Positions 23,535 through 38,152 of a DNA stretch of 64,000 nucleotides are shown piece after piece. How positions within the stretch are numbered: the stretch's first letter is position 1; each line of letters begins with the position of its first letter. This stretch comes from Mobula hypostoma (lineage: Eukaryota). The notes under the pieces are model-generated. The model saw only the letters and a program-made list of their open reading frames with translations. It did not search any database and was not told the DNA's origin. A program made the translations under genes and the position numbers. The stretch covers positions 6,698,001-6,762,000 of the forward strand of contig NC_086101.1 in NCBI RefSeq assembly GCF_963921235.1, read 5' to 3'.

Positions 23535-25785
23535 CACCTGGAGCAGATGAGTGAGACCCAGAGGTTCTTAAAGAAGTAGCTGAAGTGATTGTGGAGATAT
23601 TCGTGCTGATCTTTCAGTTTTCACTAGATTCTGGAGTGTTTTTGGGGGACTGGAAAATTGCAAATGCCACTCGAGTGGCAGTCTTTAAAAAGGGAGGGAG
23701 GCAAAAGACAAGAAATTATAGGCGATTTCTTCTGACTTCACTGTTTGGCTAGAATCTGTTATTAAGGATGAGGTTTCAGAGTAATTAAAGGCACATGATA
23801 GGTTGAAATCAGCATGATTTTTCCTTCAGGAAAATCTTGCCTGACCAATCTGTTGCATTTTTTGAGGAAATAACAGGAAGGATAGACAAAGGAGAGTTAG
23901 TAGACATTGTTTACTCGGATGCTCAGAAGACATTTGACAAGGAGCCGCACATGAGGCTGCTGAACAAGCTGAGAGTCCATGGAATTACAGGAAAGATACC
24001 AGCACGGATAGAATATTGACTGACTCTCAGGAGGCAAAGAGGGGGAATAAAGAGGTCCTTTACTGGTCGGGTGTCGGTGACGAGTGGTGTCCACAGGGGT
24101 TGGTGTTGGGACTGCTTCTTTTCATTTTATTTCTCAGTAATATAGATGGCAGAATTGCTGGTTTTGTGGACAATACAAAGATAGCTGGAGGGGTAGGTAG
24201 TGTTGAGGAAGCAGGGAGTCTGCATTAGGCCTTAGATTGCAGAATGACAAAGAAGTGGTAGCTGGAATATAGTGTCGGGAAGTACATGTTCGTGCACGTT
24301 GGTAGAGGGAATAAAGGTATCGAAGGAATAAAAGTGCTTTCAAGTAGGTACAGAGGAGAGGTTGGGGTAAGTTTTTACTCAGAGAGCGGTGAGTGCATGG
24401 AATAGGCTGCTGGCGATGGTGGTGGAGGCGGATATGATTGGATCTTTTAAGAGACTCCTGGATAGGTACATGGAGCTTAGAAAAATAGAGGGCTATGGGT
24501 AACCCTAGGTAATTTCTAAAGTAAGTACATGTTCGGCACAGCATTGTGGGCCAAAGGGCCTGTATTGGGCTGTAGGTTTTCTATGTTTCTATTAAACGTG
24601 CAGCAAATTGGGAAATTGGAGGTGGAGAGAGACTTGGGAATCTTAGTGCAGCATTATCCAAAGCTTAACATGCAGGCTGAGTCAGTGGTCGGGAAGGCAA
24701 ATGCAATGTCAGCATTAATTTTGAGGGGACAAGAATGTAAAAGAAAAGATGTAATGCTGAGCCTTGATAAGGCATTGGTCAGACTCCATTTGGAGTATTG
24801 TGAGCAGTTTAGGCTCCTCATATCAGAAAGGATGTGGTGACATTGGAGAGGGTCCAGAGGTCGTTGTGAAAAATGCTCCTGGTAAAGAAGAGGTTAGTTA
24901 GAAGAAGCATTTGATGGTTCTGTTCCTGCATTTGTTGGAACTCAGAAAAATAATGAGTTATCTCATTGTGACCAGTCAAATATTGGATAGCCTATAGAGA
25001 GTGGAGTTGGAGAGGATGTCTCCAATAGTGGGAGAGTCGAGGACCAAGGCGCACAGACCCATAATACAAATACATCCCTTTTGTACATTGGTGAGGGGGA
25101 ATTTCTTTAGTCATTAGATTATGAAACTGGAATTCATTGTCACAGGGAGATGTAGGGGCCAAGTCACTGAGTATATTTGAAATTGAGGTTGATGGGTTCT
25201 TGATTAGTAAGGGTGCCAAGTTGTCGGGAGAAGGCAGGAGAATAGGATTGAGAGGGTAAATAAGTCAGCCATGATAGATTGACAGAGTAGACTTGATGGA
25301 CCGAATGGCGTGATTCTGCTCTGATGTTCTATGGTTTTCTGGTCAAACTCAGTTTGATCCTGTCTCTCAGAAATTTTCCCATCACAGATGTGAGGCTCAG
25401 CGGCCTGGAGTTCCCCGGATTGTCCTTCCAGCCCTTCTCAAGTTGTGGCCTTGAGTCACCCTGCACCCTCTCTCTCCACCTTTGATTTCTGAATTTGCTG
25501 CACTTTTAATAGAAACATAGGAAACCCAACATATTTAAATATAAATTCCACAGACGGTTGTGTTTCTGTGGAATGCTCTGCCTCAGAAGGCAGTGGAGGC
25601 CAATTCTCTGCATTCTTTCAAAAAAGAGTTAGATAGAGCTCTTAAAGATAGCGGAGTGAAGGGATATGGGGAGAAGGCAGGAAAAGGGTACTGATTGTGG
25701 ATGATCAGCCATGATCACAGTGAATGGTGGTGCTGGCTCGAAGGGCTGAATGGCCTACTCCTGCACCTACTGTCTATTGTCTATA
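23535..25785 (+). mobile_element. Degenerate CR1 ORF2 with nested CR1 3' fragments
   Basis: RT motifs (QKTFDKEPH, LVRLHLEYC); younger 3' pieces at about 24325-24590 and 25550-25785. Confidence 0.82.
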
Positions 25786-25789
25786 AACC

Positions 25790-26320
25790 CAGTTGGCACA
25801 CGGGTATTAAACCTCCGAATCGTACAAGATACAAATATTATATACCAAAAAAAAACATTGAAAAGGAAAAAAATAATATATACCCAAAAGAAAAACTAAT
25901 CTAAACAATGGTAACCACCCAAACTAAAGAAAGAAAAAGACATGGGCTGTTGTGTAACGTCAAAAAAAAAGGAACCATTAGTGTTGTTGACTCTACTCAT
26001 CTCGACATATATTAAAAAGAAATAGAATAGGTTTGGAAAAGTTCAAATTACATCATATGGAGGTGTTGAATAGATGGCTTCCAAGTCTTTTTGAATTTAA
26101 TAGAGGGATCATAAATTACACTTCTAATTTTTTCTAAGTTTAAACACAGCATAGTCTGACAGAACCAATGAAACCTGGCGGGAGGATTGATCTCTTTCCA
26201 ATTCAGCAAACTGGATCTTCTAGCCATTAATGTAAGAAACGCAATCATCCGATGAGCTGAAGAGGTTAAATGGTTTAGTTCTATCATTGGTAACCCAGAA
26301 ATTGTGGTAATAGGGTGGAC
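25790..26320 (-). mobile_element. L1-clade LINE 3' end
   Basis: IAFLTLMARRSSLLNWK..PP..W...LNLEKI..KFKKTWKP, typical of a fish L1 ORF2 C-terminus; T-rich 3' UTR. Confidence 0.75.
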
Positions 26321-26626
26321 TTACTCCTGATGTCTTCGCATGCCCTTGATCAGGCTCTGGGGATTTATCCACCTCAGTTGGCTTTCACATCATCAGCACC
26401 TACTCTTTTGTAATGTGAGATTTTCCATGATGTTGATGTTCATTTTCCTTCATTCCGTGGATCCCATGCTGTTTTCCCTGGGAAACAGGGATGGGAAATA
26501 TTGATATCAGACCACTCCCCTCCCGAGCTGATCCACCGGTTGATAACTACATCAGTGCTTAAGGAAATCTGTTCTCTCACTAATTACTCTTTAAATCTCA
26601 ATGTGCCTGTAGCCCCTCATGAATGT

Positions 26627-28350
26627 CATAGAAACATAGAAAATAGGTGCAGGAGTAGGCCATCTGGACCCTCGAGCCTGCATCGCCTTTCAGTATGATC
26701 ATGGCTGATCATCCAACTCAGAACCCTGTACCTGCCTTCTCCCCATACCCCCTGATCCCTTTAGCCATAAGGGTCATATCTAATTCCCTCTTAAATATAG
26801 CCAATGAACTGGCCTCAACTGTTTCCTGTGGCAGAGAATCCCACAGATTCACCACTCGCTGTGTGAAGAAATTTTTCCTCATCTCGGTCCTACAAGACTT
26901 CCCCTTTATCCTTAAACCGTGACCCCTCATTCTGGACTTTCCCAACATCGGGAACAATCTTCCTGCATCTAGCCTGTCCAATCCCTTTAGATTTTTATAT
27001 GTTTCAATAAGATCCCCCCTCAATCTTCTAAATTCCAGTGAGTATAAGCCTAGTCGATCCAGTCTTTCATCATATGAAAGTCCTGCCATCCCAGGAATCA
27101 ATCTGGTGAACCTTCTTTGTATCCCTCTATGGCAACAATGTTTCACCCATGGAGTGGTGGATGTATGGAATGCTCTGCCCCAGAAGGCTGTGGAGGCCAA
27201 GTCTCTGGGTGCTTTCAAGAAAGAGATGGATAGAGCTCTTAAAGATAGCAGAATCAAAGGTTATGGGGATAAGGCAGGAACTGGATACTGATTGTGGATG
27301 ATCGGTCATGATCACAGTGAATGGTGGTGCTGGCTCGAAGGGACGAATGGCCTACTCCTGCACCTATTGTCTATTGTCTATAAGAATGTCTTTCCTCAGA
27401 TTAGGGGACCAAAACTGCGCACAATACTCCAGATGTGGTCTCACCAAGGCCTTGTACAACTGCATTAGAATTTCCCTACTCCTGTACTCGAATCCTCTTG
27501 CTATGAATGCCAGCATACCATTCGCCTTTTTCACCACCTGCTGTACCTGCATGCACACTTTCAATGACTGGTGTACAATGACACCCAGGTCTCGTTGCAC
27601 CTCCCTTTTTCCTAATCAACCACCATGCAGATAATATTCTGTTTTCCTGTTCTTGCCACCAAAGTAGATAACCTCACATTTGTCCACCTTAAATTGCATC
27701 TGCCATGAATTTGCCCACTCACCCAACCTATCCAAGTCACCCTGCATCCTCTTAGCATCCTCCTCACAGCTAACACTGCCACCCAGCTTCGTGTTATCCG
27801 CAAACTTGGAGATGCTGCATTTAATTCCCTCGTCGAAATCATTAATAAATATTGTAAACAACTGGGGTCCCAGCACTGAGCCTTGTGGTACCCCACTAGT
27901 CACTGCCTGCCATTCTGAAAAGGTCCCGTTTATTCCCACTCTTTGCTTCCTGTCTGCTAACCAATTCTCTATCCACATCAATACCTTACCCCAAATACTG
28001 TGTGCTTTAAGTTTGCACACTAATCTCCTCTGTGGGACCTTGTCAAAAGCCTTTTGAAAATCCAAATATACCACATCCACTGGTACTCCCCTATCCACTC
28101 TACTAGTTATATCCTCAAAAAATTCTATGAGATTCGTCAGACATGATTTTCCTTTCACAAATCCATGCTGACTTTGTCCGATGATTTCACCGCTTTCCAA
28201 ATGTGCTGTTATCACATATTTGATAACTGACTCCAGCAGTTTCCCCACCACCGACGTTAGGCTAACCGGTCTATAATTCCTCGGTTTCTCTGTCGCTCCT
28301 TTTCTATAAAGCGGGGTTACATTAGCCACCCTCCAATCCTCAGGAACTGA
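26627..28350 (-). mobile_element. CR1 RT, 5'-truncated, with an opposite-strand CR1 3' piece at about 27136-27382
   Basis: 237-aa RT ORF with YLDFQKAFDKV, GVPQGSVLGP, KFADNTKL. Confidence 0.92.
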
Positions 28351-28934
28351 TTGTAATTATCATTCAAATTATCTGCAGAGGTATCGCGTCTTCTGTTCCT
28401 ATCCTCTTGATTTCTCTCTTCACTGTACTCCTCTCTCTGTCTGATACTCCTCGGGTCAGAGAGCTTGACCGGGGATTTCTCACAGAGAGTTGAATCCACT
28501 CCTGTTTACTCTTTGTGGTCAGAGCCTTCACAATGTATTTTCCCAGTTCTCTCAGTAACCTGGTCCCACTATGTCTGTGCTGACCATGAGACCAATTTAA
28601 ACTAACCCCATCTTTCTCCATACACTCTATATCCCGCACACCCCGCCTCCCTTTTCCTGCCTCCTCACGGGCAGCCACAAAATAAAGAAACCTTATGGAA
28701 GCCAAAAGAAAGAAGACCATCAAACACCCAATGCACAGAAAAATACTCGGTACTCCAAAGACAAAAAGAAGCCGATAAAGGAACTCAGCAGTTCGGGTAG
28801 CATCTCTACAGGAAAAGTGATAGTCGATGTTTCAGGCTGAGATTCTGCATCAAAGCCTTGTCTCTGCTGCCTCTTGTGTCTCCACAACACTCCAAACGTG
28901 ACCTCACCAAAGCTTCAAGCAAGAGAAGATCAGA

Positions 28935-29295
28935 TCTTCGTCAGGACTGGAGAAAAAAAAGATGAGAAGTCAGAGGAAGAAGGTGAGGGGAGGGAAAGAA
29001 GAAATACAAGGTTGTAGGTGATCGGTGAAACCGGGAGAGGCGGAGTGGTGAATAAAGAGCTGGGAAAGAGACTGGTGACATTGATAAAGGGCTGAAGAAG
29101 GAGGAATCTGATAGAGGACAGAAGGACATGGAAGAAAGGGGAGGTGGACGAGCACCAGAGGGAGGTGATGGGCAGGAAAGGAGACAAGGTGAGAGTGTGA
29201 AATGGGAATGGGGAAGGGTGAGGCTGTGGCCATTACCAGAAGTTCAAGAAACTGATGTTCATTCCATCAGGTTGGAGGCTACCCAGACGGAATAA
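28935..29295 (-). mobile_element. Penelope-like 3' fragment
   Basis: FRLGSLQPDGMNISF and pLTR remnant. Confidence 0.75.
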
Positions 29296-29375
29296 TGTTT
29301 TGACAAGATATATGTAGATAGTTTGACTGGAGAAGCGATTACAGATGACCGCCTCCCAGTAAGTGAGGCTGGGAC

Positions 29376-31472
29376 ATAGAAACATAGAAAATAGGTGCAG
29401 GAGTAGGCCATTCGGCCCTTCGAGCCTGCACCGCCATTCAGTATGATCATGGCTGATCATCCAACTCAGAACCCTGTACCAGCCTTCCCTCCATACCCCC
29501 TGATCCCTTTAGCCACAAGGACCATATCTAACTCCCTCTTAAATATAGCCAATGAACTGGCCTCAACTGTTTCCTGTGGCAGAGAATTCCACAGATTCAC
29601 CACTCTCCGTGTGAAGAAGTTTTTCCTAATCTCGGTCCTAAAAGTCTTCCCCTTTATGCCTTCAATCCCTTCAATTTACCTAACACCACTTCCCTACTAA
29701 CATGTATTTCGCTCAGTTCCTCCATCTCACTGGACCCTCTGTCCCCTACTCTTTCTGGAAGATTATTTATGTCCTCCTTAGTGAAGACAGAACCGAAGTA
29801 ATTATTCAATTGCTCTGCCATGTCCTTGCCCCCCATAATCAATTCACCTGTTTCTGTCTGTAGGGGACCTACATTTGTCTTTACCAGTCTTTTCCTTTTT
29901 ACATATCTATAAAAGCTTTTACAGTCAGAATTTATGTTCCCTGCCAGTTTTCTCTCCTAATCTTTTTTCTCCTTCCTAATTAAGCCCTTTGTCCTCCTCT
30001 GCTGAACTCTGAATTTCTCCCAGTCCTCAGGTGGCCACTTTTTCTGGCTAATTTGTATGCTTCTTCTTTGGAATTGATACTATCCCTAATTTCTCTTGTC
30101 AGCCACGGGTGCACAACCTTCCTTGATTTATTCTTTTGCCAAATTGGGATGAACAATTGTTGTAGTTCATCCATGCAACCTTTAAATGCTTGCCATTGCA
30201 TATCCACCGTCAATCCTTTAAGTGTCATTTGCCAGTCTATCTTAGCTAATTCACGTCTCATACCTTCAAAGTTACCCCTCTTTAAGTTCAGAACCTTTGT
30301 TTCTGAATTAACTATGTCACTCTCCATCTTAATGAAGAATTCCACCATATTATGGTCACTCTTACCCAAGGGGCCTCTCACGACAAGATTGCTAATTAAC
30401 CCTTCCTCATTGCTCAAAACCCAGTCCAGAATAGCCTGCTCTCTAGTTGGTTCCTCGACATGTTGGTTCAAAAAACCATCCCTCATACATTCCAAGAAAT
30501 CCTCTTCCTCAGCACCTTTACCAATTTGGTTCACCCAGTCTACATGTAGATTGAAGTCACCCATTATAACTGCTGTTCCTTTATTGCACACATTTCTAAT
30601 TTCCTGTTTAATACCATCTCCGACCTCACTACTACTGTTTGGTGGCCTGTACACAACTCCCACCAGCGTCTTCTGCCCCTTATTGTTACGCAGCTCTACC
30701 CATATCGATTCCACATCTTCCTGGCTTATGTCCTTCCTTTCTATTGCGTTAATCTTTTCTTTAACCAGCAACGCCACCTCACCTCCCCTTCTTTCATGTC
30801 TATCCCCCCTGAATATTGAATATCCCTGAACGTTGAGCTCCCATCCTTGGTCACCCTGGAGCCATGTCTCTGTGATCCCAACTATATCATAATCATTAAT
30901 AACAATCTGCACTTTCAATTCATCCACCTTATTACGAATGCTCCTTGCATTGACACACAAAGCCTTCAGATGCTCTTTTACAACTCTCTTAGCCCTTATA
31001 CAATTATGTTGAAAAGTGGCCCTTTTTAATGCTTGCCCTGGATTTGTCGGCCTGCCACTTTTACTTTTCTCCTTTGTACTTTTTGCTTCTACCCTCACTT
31101 TACACCCCTCTGTCTCTCTGCACTGGTTCCCGTCCCCCTGTTGCGAACTAACCTCCTCACGCCTAGCCTCTTTAATTTGATTCCCACCCCCCAACCATTC
31201 TAGTTTAAAGTCACCTCAGTAGCCCTCGCTAATCTCCTTGCAGGATATTGGTCCCCCTAGGATTCAAGTGTAACCCGTCCTTTTTGTACAGGTCACGCCT
31301 GCGCCAAAAGAGGTCCCAATGATCCAAAAACTTGAATCCCTGCCCCCTGCTCCAATCCCTCAGCCACGCATTTATCCTCCACCTCATCGCATTCCTACTC
31401 TCACTGTCGCGTGGCACAAACAGTAATCCCGAGATTACTACCTTTGCGGTCCCGAGATTACTACCTTTGCGG
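29376..31472 (-). mobile_element. CR1 LINE (ORF1 end + APE endonuclease, internal deletion, 3' tail)
   Basis: 404-aa ORF with VGITETWL, GVVYRPP, MGDFN, LGKSDH; jumps to the 3' end at about 29654; 23-bp tandem duplication at the 5' junction (31428-31472). Confidence 0.92.
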
Positions 31473-33984
31473 ACAAAGCGTTTCATGTGTCAGTGGGGAA
31501 GACTTTGCCCCAACGAGCATCTTTCTATTTGTTTTGAAACAGATGGAAAAATTGGACCAGTGCTGAGCCTGCATCTACCTGGAAAGCAGAGAAGATGTCT
31601 CAGGCTTTCTCTCTCTTTCTCTGCCACACGCACACGCACACGCACAGACACGTGAGCTCAGACATTTACCTTTATCCACGGCCTTGTCTTCACTTGCAGT
31701 TACACACAGTTTCATCCGAACCTCCCTCAACTTTGATCCCGGTTGTCTTCTCCCTCGGGATTTCCCCTGCCCCTTACCTTCTGTGCATCCTTCCTCAGAC
31801 CTCATGCCCCCAGCACTTTCCCACCCCTCCCTTTGCTGCACCCTGTTTGCTACGTGGTACCTTCCCGTGACCCCTGCATTGGGCTTTCCTTCCCACCCGA
31901 GTGGGTGACACAATCCTTGCTCGGGTGACACAACTGTCCCAAATGATCATGTGAGCGAGGCTGAGTGATGGATGGGGCGAAAGGGGCACTGGAAAACTGA
32001 GTGACGGAGGGGCAGAAAGAAACCCACACTGAGAACCGCTTGTGACCTTTGATACCTGCATGGGGGTCTTTTGTCACCCAGTGAGTTTGACAGGGCTGGA
32101 GAGTGAGTGAGGGGAAAGGTCTGAGTTTGAGGATCACATGGGAGGAGGGGTAAGAGAGGAAAGGGGTACGCCATCATGTGACCCTCAACCTCAGACATCG
32201 TTGTTAATGCTCTGAACGCGGATTTCCGCCAATCCGGCCGATAAATGTTTGGACGTTCAGTTCATAGCGATACCGCTTTCAACCAGGAGATGGGGATAGC
32301 GAGCTGTGCAAAGATCAGTTTCACGGCGAGGATCCCCACCTGCTGCTGGGAACCGGTACTGCAGGGCTTCTTCCTTCATGCTCCCTCCCCCAATCCCCCA
32401 CCCGACTCACCTGGTGTATCTTTCACATGTCATTTGTACTCCTTACCCTCTCCCGCCTTATTCCGACTTTATCCCCCCTCCTTCCCAGTCCCGATGAAGG
32501 TTCTCGGCGGGAAACATCGTCTGTTTATTCCTTCCATAAATGCAGCCGGACCCGCCGAGTTCCTCCAGCATTTTGTGTGGCTCGGGATATCCAGCGTCTG
32601 CAGACTCTCGTGTGTCACATCCATTTGTTGTTGTTTGCTTGTTTGTTTATTTGAATTAGATGCTCGAAAAACTAAAAATAAACAGAAAATACTTGAACTC
32701 CGCAGAGGCCAGGCAGCGTTTGAATGAAGATGTTATGGACGTGGAACGCACGCTCCGTGTCTCTCGCCGTGGATCCTGACTAACTTGTTATTGTTGTTCC
32801 TGCATTTCCTGCGGATAAAACGGGTCGAAAACAGAATAACTGATTCCACGTGGGCATCCGTTGTGATATTTTCTCATCAATTAGAGGAACCGCTCCTCAT
32901 CGTCCACTGGAGCAGCCTGAAACCTGCCGGCATGAACATTGAATTCTCCGACTTCCGGTAGTTGCTCCCCCTCTGTCAATTTTCCTTTTATTTTTCTCTC
33001 TTCATGATCCATCAGCCTCCATCACCCTCTCTCTTTCCCCTGCTCCCCCAAACTCCCCATCTGCCCATCCCCCACACACTCCTCCCCACCTCCCTCCCTT
33101 CATTCCAGACTCCACTTTCGTCCGACCAGATTCCATCATCCTTGTCACTGCCACCTCTCACCTCCCGGCTTCTGACACATTTCCACACTCCACCCCTTCC
33201 TCATCTGCCAGCTCTTCCTCCACCTTTCTGTACCGACCATCTCCCCTCTTTCTTTCAACCCCGATGAAGGGTCTGGAGCCGAAATGTTAACTGTTCATTT
33301 CCCATTCCCATCCTGCCTGTCTCGCTGAGAATCTCCGGCGCTTTGTGTATTTCCAACGTTGCCTGCCCATTCCCTAACATTCACCTTGACCTTCCCAGTC
33401 AGCACCACCACCACCGCTTGTCCAACTTAACCCGTCGCATTGAAGCTGGACTTTAGGACCCGGGCAGCCCCGGACCTGTAGTTCGCGGCTGCTACTGAAT
33501 AAGCAGTATTTCTGTTCCGTTGGTGGATGCAGTGAACACATTAAAATTAATGGATCTATAATTCGTGTTTATTTCATTCTCTACACACTTATATTGACAC
33601 CGAATTCCTCCTGTCGCCGGTTCCGGGACCAGACCCGGAGCGGAACCGGAACAGATTCCCAGCCACTGTTTTTTTTGCCAAGTCCAGAAGAAAGAATAAA
33701 ATTTCCCTGTGAATTTATTTCCAGTGAGGATGTGGAGATGGGACGTGGTCTCCGCGTTGTAAAATGAAACTGTCCCGGACTCTGAGATAACCTTCTGACC
33801 GTTCTCTCTGCAACTTTTCCTGATACTGTTGCTGTGGCACGTTCGGCTCCCAATGGCAGCAGCGAGGAGAGAACATGGCCTTAATTAAGGATGTTGGTTT
33901 CTTGTGGCAGCGTTCCCTGTCAGATGCGCTCAATGGTGAGGAAGGCTTTTCCTGCGACAGTCTGGGCTGTGTTCACTCTGGGCA

Positions 33985-36630
33985 TTTGTGTTTCCACAGC
34001 AGGCCGTGATGCAAGCAGTCAGGACAATCCCCACTGTATATCTGTAGAAGTTTGTCAAAGTTTTAGATGGCATGTCGAATCTGCGCAAATTCTGTACTAT
34101 CGCAGTAATGGCGCTTCTTGGTAATGGCGCTTAATGTGCTGGACCCAGAACAAATCCACTGAAATCAGAACCCCAAGGAATTTAAAGGCATTGACCCCTT
34201 CCACTTCCGATTCCCTGATGAGTTCTACCTCATGGACCTCCGGTTATTCCCTCCTCCAGACGATAGTCGGCCTGGTTCTGCTGACACTGAGTGAGAGGTT
34301 ATTGTTGTTTCACCAAACAGCCTGATTTTCAATCCCCCTACTATATGCCGACTCGTCACCACCTTGGATTCCGACAACAATAGTCAGAAAACTTAAATAT
34401 GACGTTATAGTCATAGTCATACCTTATTGATCCCGGGGGAAATTGATTTTCGTTACAGTTGCACCATGATTAATTAAATAGTAATAAAACTGTAAATAGT
34501 TAAACAGTAATATGTAAATTATGCCAGTGAATTGTGAAATATGTCCAGACCAGCCTATCGGCTCAGGGTGTCTGACCCTCCAAGGGAGGAGTTGTAAAGT
34601 TTGATGGCCACAGGCGGGAATGACTTCCTATGACACTCTGTGTTGCATCTCGGTGGAATGAGTCTCTGGCTGAATGTGCCCAACCAGTACATTATGTAGT
34701 GGATGGGAGACATTGTCCAAGATGGCATGCAACTTAGACAGCATCCTCTTTTCAGACACCACCGTGAGAGAGTCCAGTTCCAACCCCACAACATCACTGG
34801 CCTTATGAATGAGTTTGTCGATTCTGTTGGTGTCTACTACCCTCATCCTGCTACCCCAGCACACAACAGCAACCATGATAGCACTGGCCACCACTGACTC
34901 GTAGAACATCCTCAGCATCATCCGGCAGATGTTAAAGGACCTCAGTCTCCCCAGGAAATAGAGACGGCTCTGACCCTTCTTGTAGACAGCCTCAGTGTTC
35001 TTTGACCAGTCCAGTTTATTGTCAATTCGTATCCCCAGGTATTAGTAGTCTTCCACCATGTCCACACTGGCCCCCTGGATGGAAACAGGGGTCACCGGTA
35101 CCTTAGCTCTCCTCAGGTCTACCACCAGCTCCTTAGTCTTTTTCACATTAAGCTGCAGATAATTCTGCTCCCACCATGTGACAAAGCTGTGTTTACCCTC
35201 AGAGTCCTAAAGCGAGTGAGCTCGGGACAAAGCCTTGAGTCGCTGTGCTGGCGGAGGAGATGTTGTTGCCAATCCTAACTGACTGAGGTCTGAGAGTGAG
35301 GGAATCGAGGGTCCAGTTGTACAAGGAGGTATCGAGGCCTCGGTCTTGGAGCTTATTGATTAGTTTTGAGGGGATGACAATGTTGAGTGGAGAGCATCCT
35401 GATGTCTGCATCTTCACTGTCCGGATGTTCCATGGCTGAGTGAAGAGTCAATGAAATGGCATCTGCTGTGGATTTGTTACGACAGTGGGCAAACTGGACA
35501 GTAGCCGCTGCTCGGGCAGGAGTTGAGGTAGTTCAACCTCTCAAAGCATTTCATCACAGCGGATGTACGTGCAACTGGACAATAGCAGGTCAGGCAGCAC
35601 CAGTGGAGGGGAATAACGAGTCGATGTTTCGGGGCGACACTCCATCGACTGGAAAGGAGGAAGAAGCCAGAATAAGGCGGTGGGGTGGGGTGGGGGGAGT
35701 ACAAACTGCAGATGATAGGTGAGACAAGGTGAGAGGAAAGGTGTGTGTGTGTGCGGGAGAGGGGAGGGAGTGAATTATGAAGCTGGGGGTGATAGTTGGA
35801 GGAGTTAAAGGGCTGAAGAAGGAGTATGACAGGAGTGGACAGAGGACTAGAGCAGAAAGGGAAGGAGGAGATGGGGAACCAGAGGGAGGTGACTGGCAGT
35901 TCAAAGTTCAAAGCAAACATATTATCAGAGTACACATACCTCACCATATACAACCCTGGTGTTCATTTTCTTGCGGGCATACTCGATAAATCAACAGAAT
36001 AATAACAAACATAACATAATCAATGAAAGACCGCACGAACCTGGCCGGTTAACCAGTGTGCAAACGACAACAAACTGCAAATACAAAAAGCCAAAATAAA
36101 TAATAAATAAATATTCAATAAATACCAAGAACATGAGATGAAGACTATTTCAAAGTGAGTCCTCAGGTAATGGGAACGATTCAGTGATGGGGTACTGTGG
36201 TTATCCCCTTTTGTTCAAGAGCCTGATGGCTGAGGGGTAGTAACTGCTCTTGAACCTGGTGGTGCTCACCCTGAGGTTCATGTACCTGCGTCCTCATGGC
36301 AGCAGTGAGAAAAGTGCATGCCAATGTGTTGGGGGTCCCTGATGATGAAAGCTGATTTCCTGCGACAGTGTTTCATGTCGATGTGCTCAATGCAGTGGAG
36401 GACTTCACTCACGATGGAATGGGCTGGATCCACTGGATCTCACCCTGCGATGCAGCCAGTCAATATACTCTCCACTACACATTTACAGAACTTCGTTAAA
36501 GTTTTAGATATCCTGCTGGATCTCTGCAAATTCCTAAGAATGTGGAGGCCCTGTTGTGCCTTCTTCGCAATTATATTTACGTGCTGGGCCTGGAACAGGA
36601 CATGCAAAATATTAACCCTGAGAAATTTAG
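33985..36630 (-). mobile_element. Rex1/Babar-like LINE fragments (younger copy at about 34405-35190) with a Penelope pLTR piece at about 35590-35900
   Basis: LRMFYESVVASAIMVAVVCWGS, HPLH, RKSFPPVAIKLYN; IPSKLINKLQD..WTLDSLT.RPQSVRIG. Confidence 0.78.
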
Positions 36631-36639
36631 AGTTGTCAG

Positions 36640-37130
36640 CATTTGTAATTCTCTACTGTACTTGTCCTGTGTATTGTACGTCTGCCGTTGTCAATGTCCC
36701 TTTATCTCACTTTAGGAAACGCATCTCAGTACATTTTTACTGAGAGTCTTGACTTACCGAAAGCGCTTGTCTGTTGCTGACTTCCTGCAGTGACCACCGC
36801 CCCCCACCCTTCCCACCCCAACATCCCCAGACACAGTCAGACTCGGAGGGGGCTTCTCAACAGTGACTCCTCTGGGTCGCACAGTTGTCGAGCCGAACCC
36901 CACGTGACAACAATGGGCAGACGATCTCTCATCGCCCCCTTGTGGTGAGTGACAGTAATTCGGAGCGTCAGATAAACCAGATTTCTGTCTCTGGAGATGG
37001 TGAACAAAGCAGGAAGCTTGAGAGAACAACAGTAACTGGTTAGATCAGTGGAAGCTATTTGTGGTACAAGGAAAACGGCTGAGAAAGTTCACCAGTGCCT
37101 CTTCCTCCTCAGATGTCCAACGAAATTTGG
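36640..37130. repeat. Copy 1 of a diverged ~490-bp duplicated non-coding segment with a CTCF-like motif
   Basis: Shares CCAGACACAGTCAGACTCGGAGGGGGCTTC, TGTCGAGCCGAA and CTCATCGCCCCCTTGTGGTGA with 58153-58640. Confidence 0.8.
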
Positions 37131-37869
37131 CACAGAACATAGAAATCCATATCACTTTACGGGCCCTTTGGCCCACAACATTTTGCCAGCCATGTAGCAT
37201 ACTCCAGAAGCTGCCTAGAATTTCCCTACTGCATAGCCCTCTATTTTTCTAAGCTCCATGTACCTATCTAAGAGGATCTTAAAAGCCCCTATTGTATCTG
37301 ATTCCACCACCGTCGCCGGCAGTGCATTCCACGCACCCACCACTCTCTGTGTGGGAAAACATACCCTTGACGTCCCCTCGCCACTTATCTCCAAGCACCG
37401 TAAAAGTATGCCCCCCACCCCCATGTTAGCCATTTCAGCCTTAGGATAAAAACCTTTGACTACCACAAGATCCATCACTCCAAGGAGAAAAGGCCAAGTT
37501 CACGCATTCTATTCAGATTAGGTACGCCCTCCAATCCAGACAAAATCCTTGTAAATCTCCTCTGCACTCTCTCTGTAGTATCCACATCCTTCCTGTACAC
37601 AAATGAACACAGTACTGCAGTGGGGTCTTACAAAGGTCTCATATAGCTGTAACATTACCTCACGGCTCTTGAACTCAATCCCACGGTTGGTGAATGCCAA
37701 CACACTATACGCCTTCTTAACAGCACTGTCACCCTGCTCAGCAGCTCTGAGTGTCCTATGGACATGGACCCCAAGATCTCTCAGATCTACCACACTGCCA
37801 AGAGTTTTACTATTAATATTATATTCTGTCTTCAAATTTGACGTACCGAAATGGACAACTTCACTGTTA

Positions 37870-38152
37870 CACACATAAAAGTTGCTGGTGAACGCAGCAG
37901 GCCAGGCAGCATCTCTAGGAAGAGGTGCAGTCGACGTTTCAGGCCGAGACCCTTCGTCAGGACTAACTGAAGGAAGAGCTCTTCCTTCTAACTGAACTCT
38001 TCCTTCAGTTAGTCCTGACCAAGGGTCTCGGCCTGAAACATCGACTGCACCTCTTCCTAGAGATGCTGCCTGGCCTGCTGCGTTCACCAGCAACTTTTAT
38101 GTGTGTTGCTTGAATTTCCAGCATCTGCAGAATTCTTGTTGTTTGCGTTTTT
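37870..38152. mobile_element. Inverted Penelope pLTR pair with 13-bp TSD
   Basis: Arms 37869-37978 and 37997-38106; AACTTCACTGTTA at 37857-37869 and 38153-38165. Confidence 0.9.

Noticed and set aside
28364..28723. 119-aa ORF in non-repeat sequence
   Set aside because: No recognisable homology or convincing exon boundaries
29980..31194. 404-aa ORF as a domesticated endonuclease gene
   Set aside because: Ordinary CR1 ORF2 N-terminus ending in a frameshift within a deleted element
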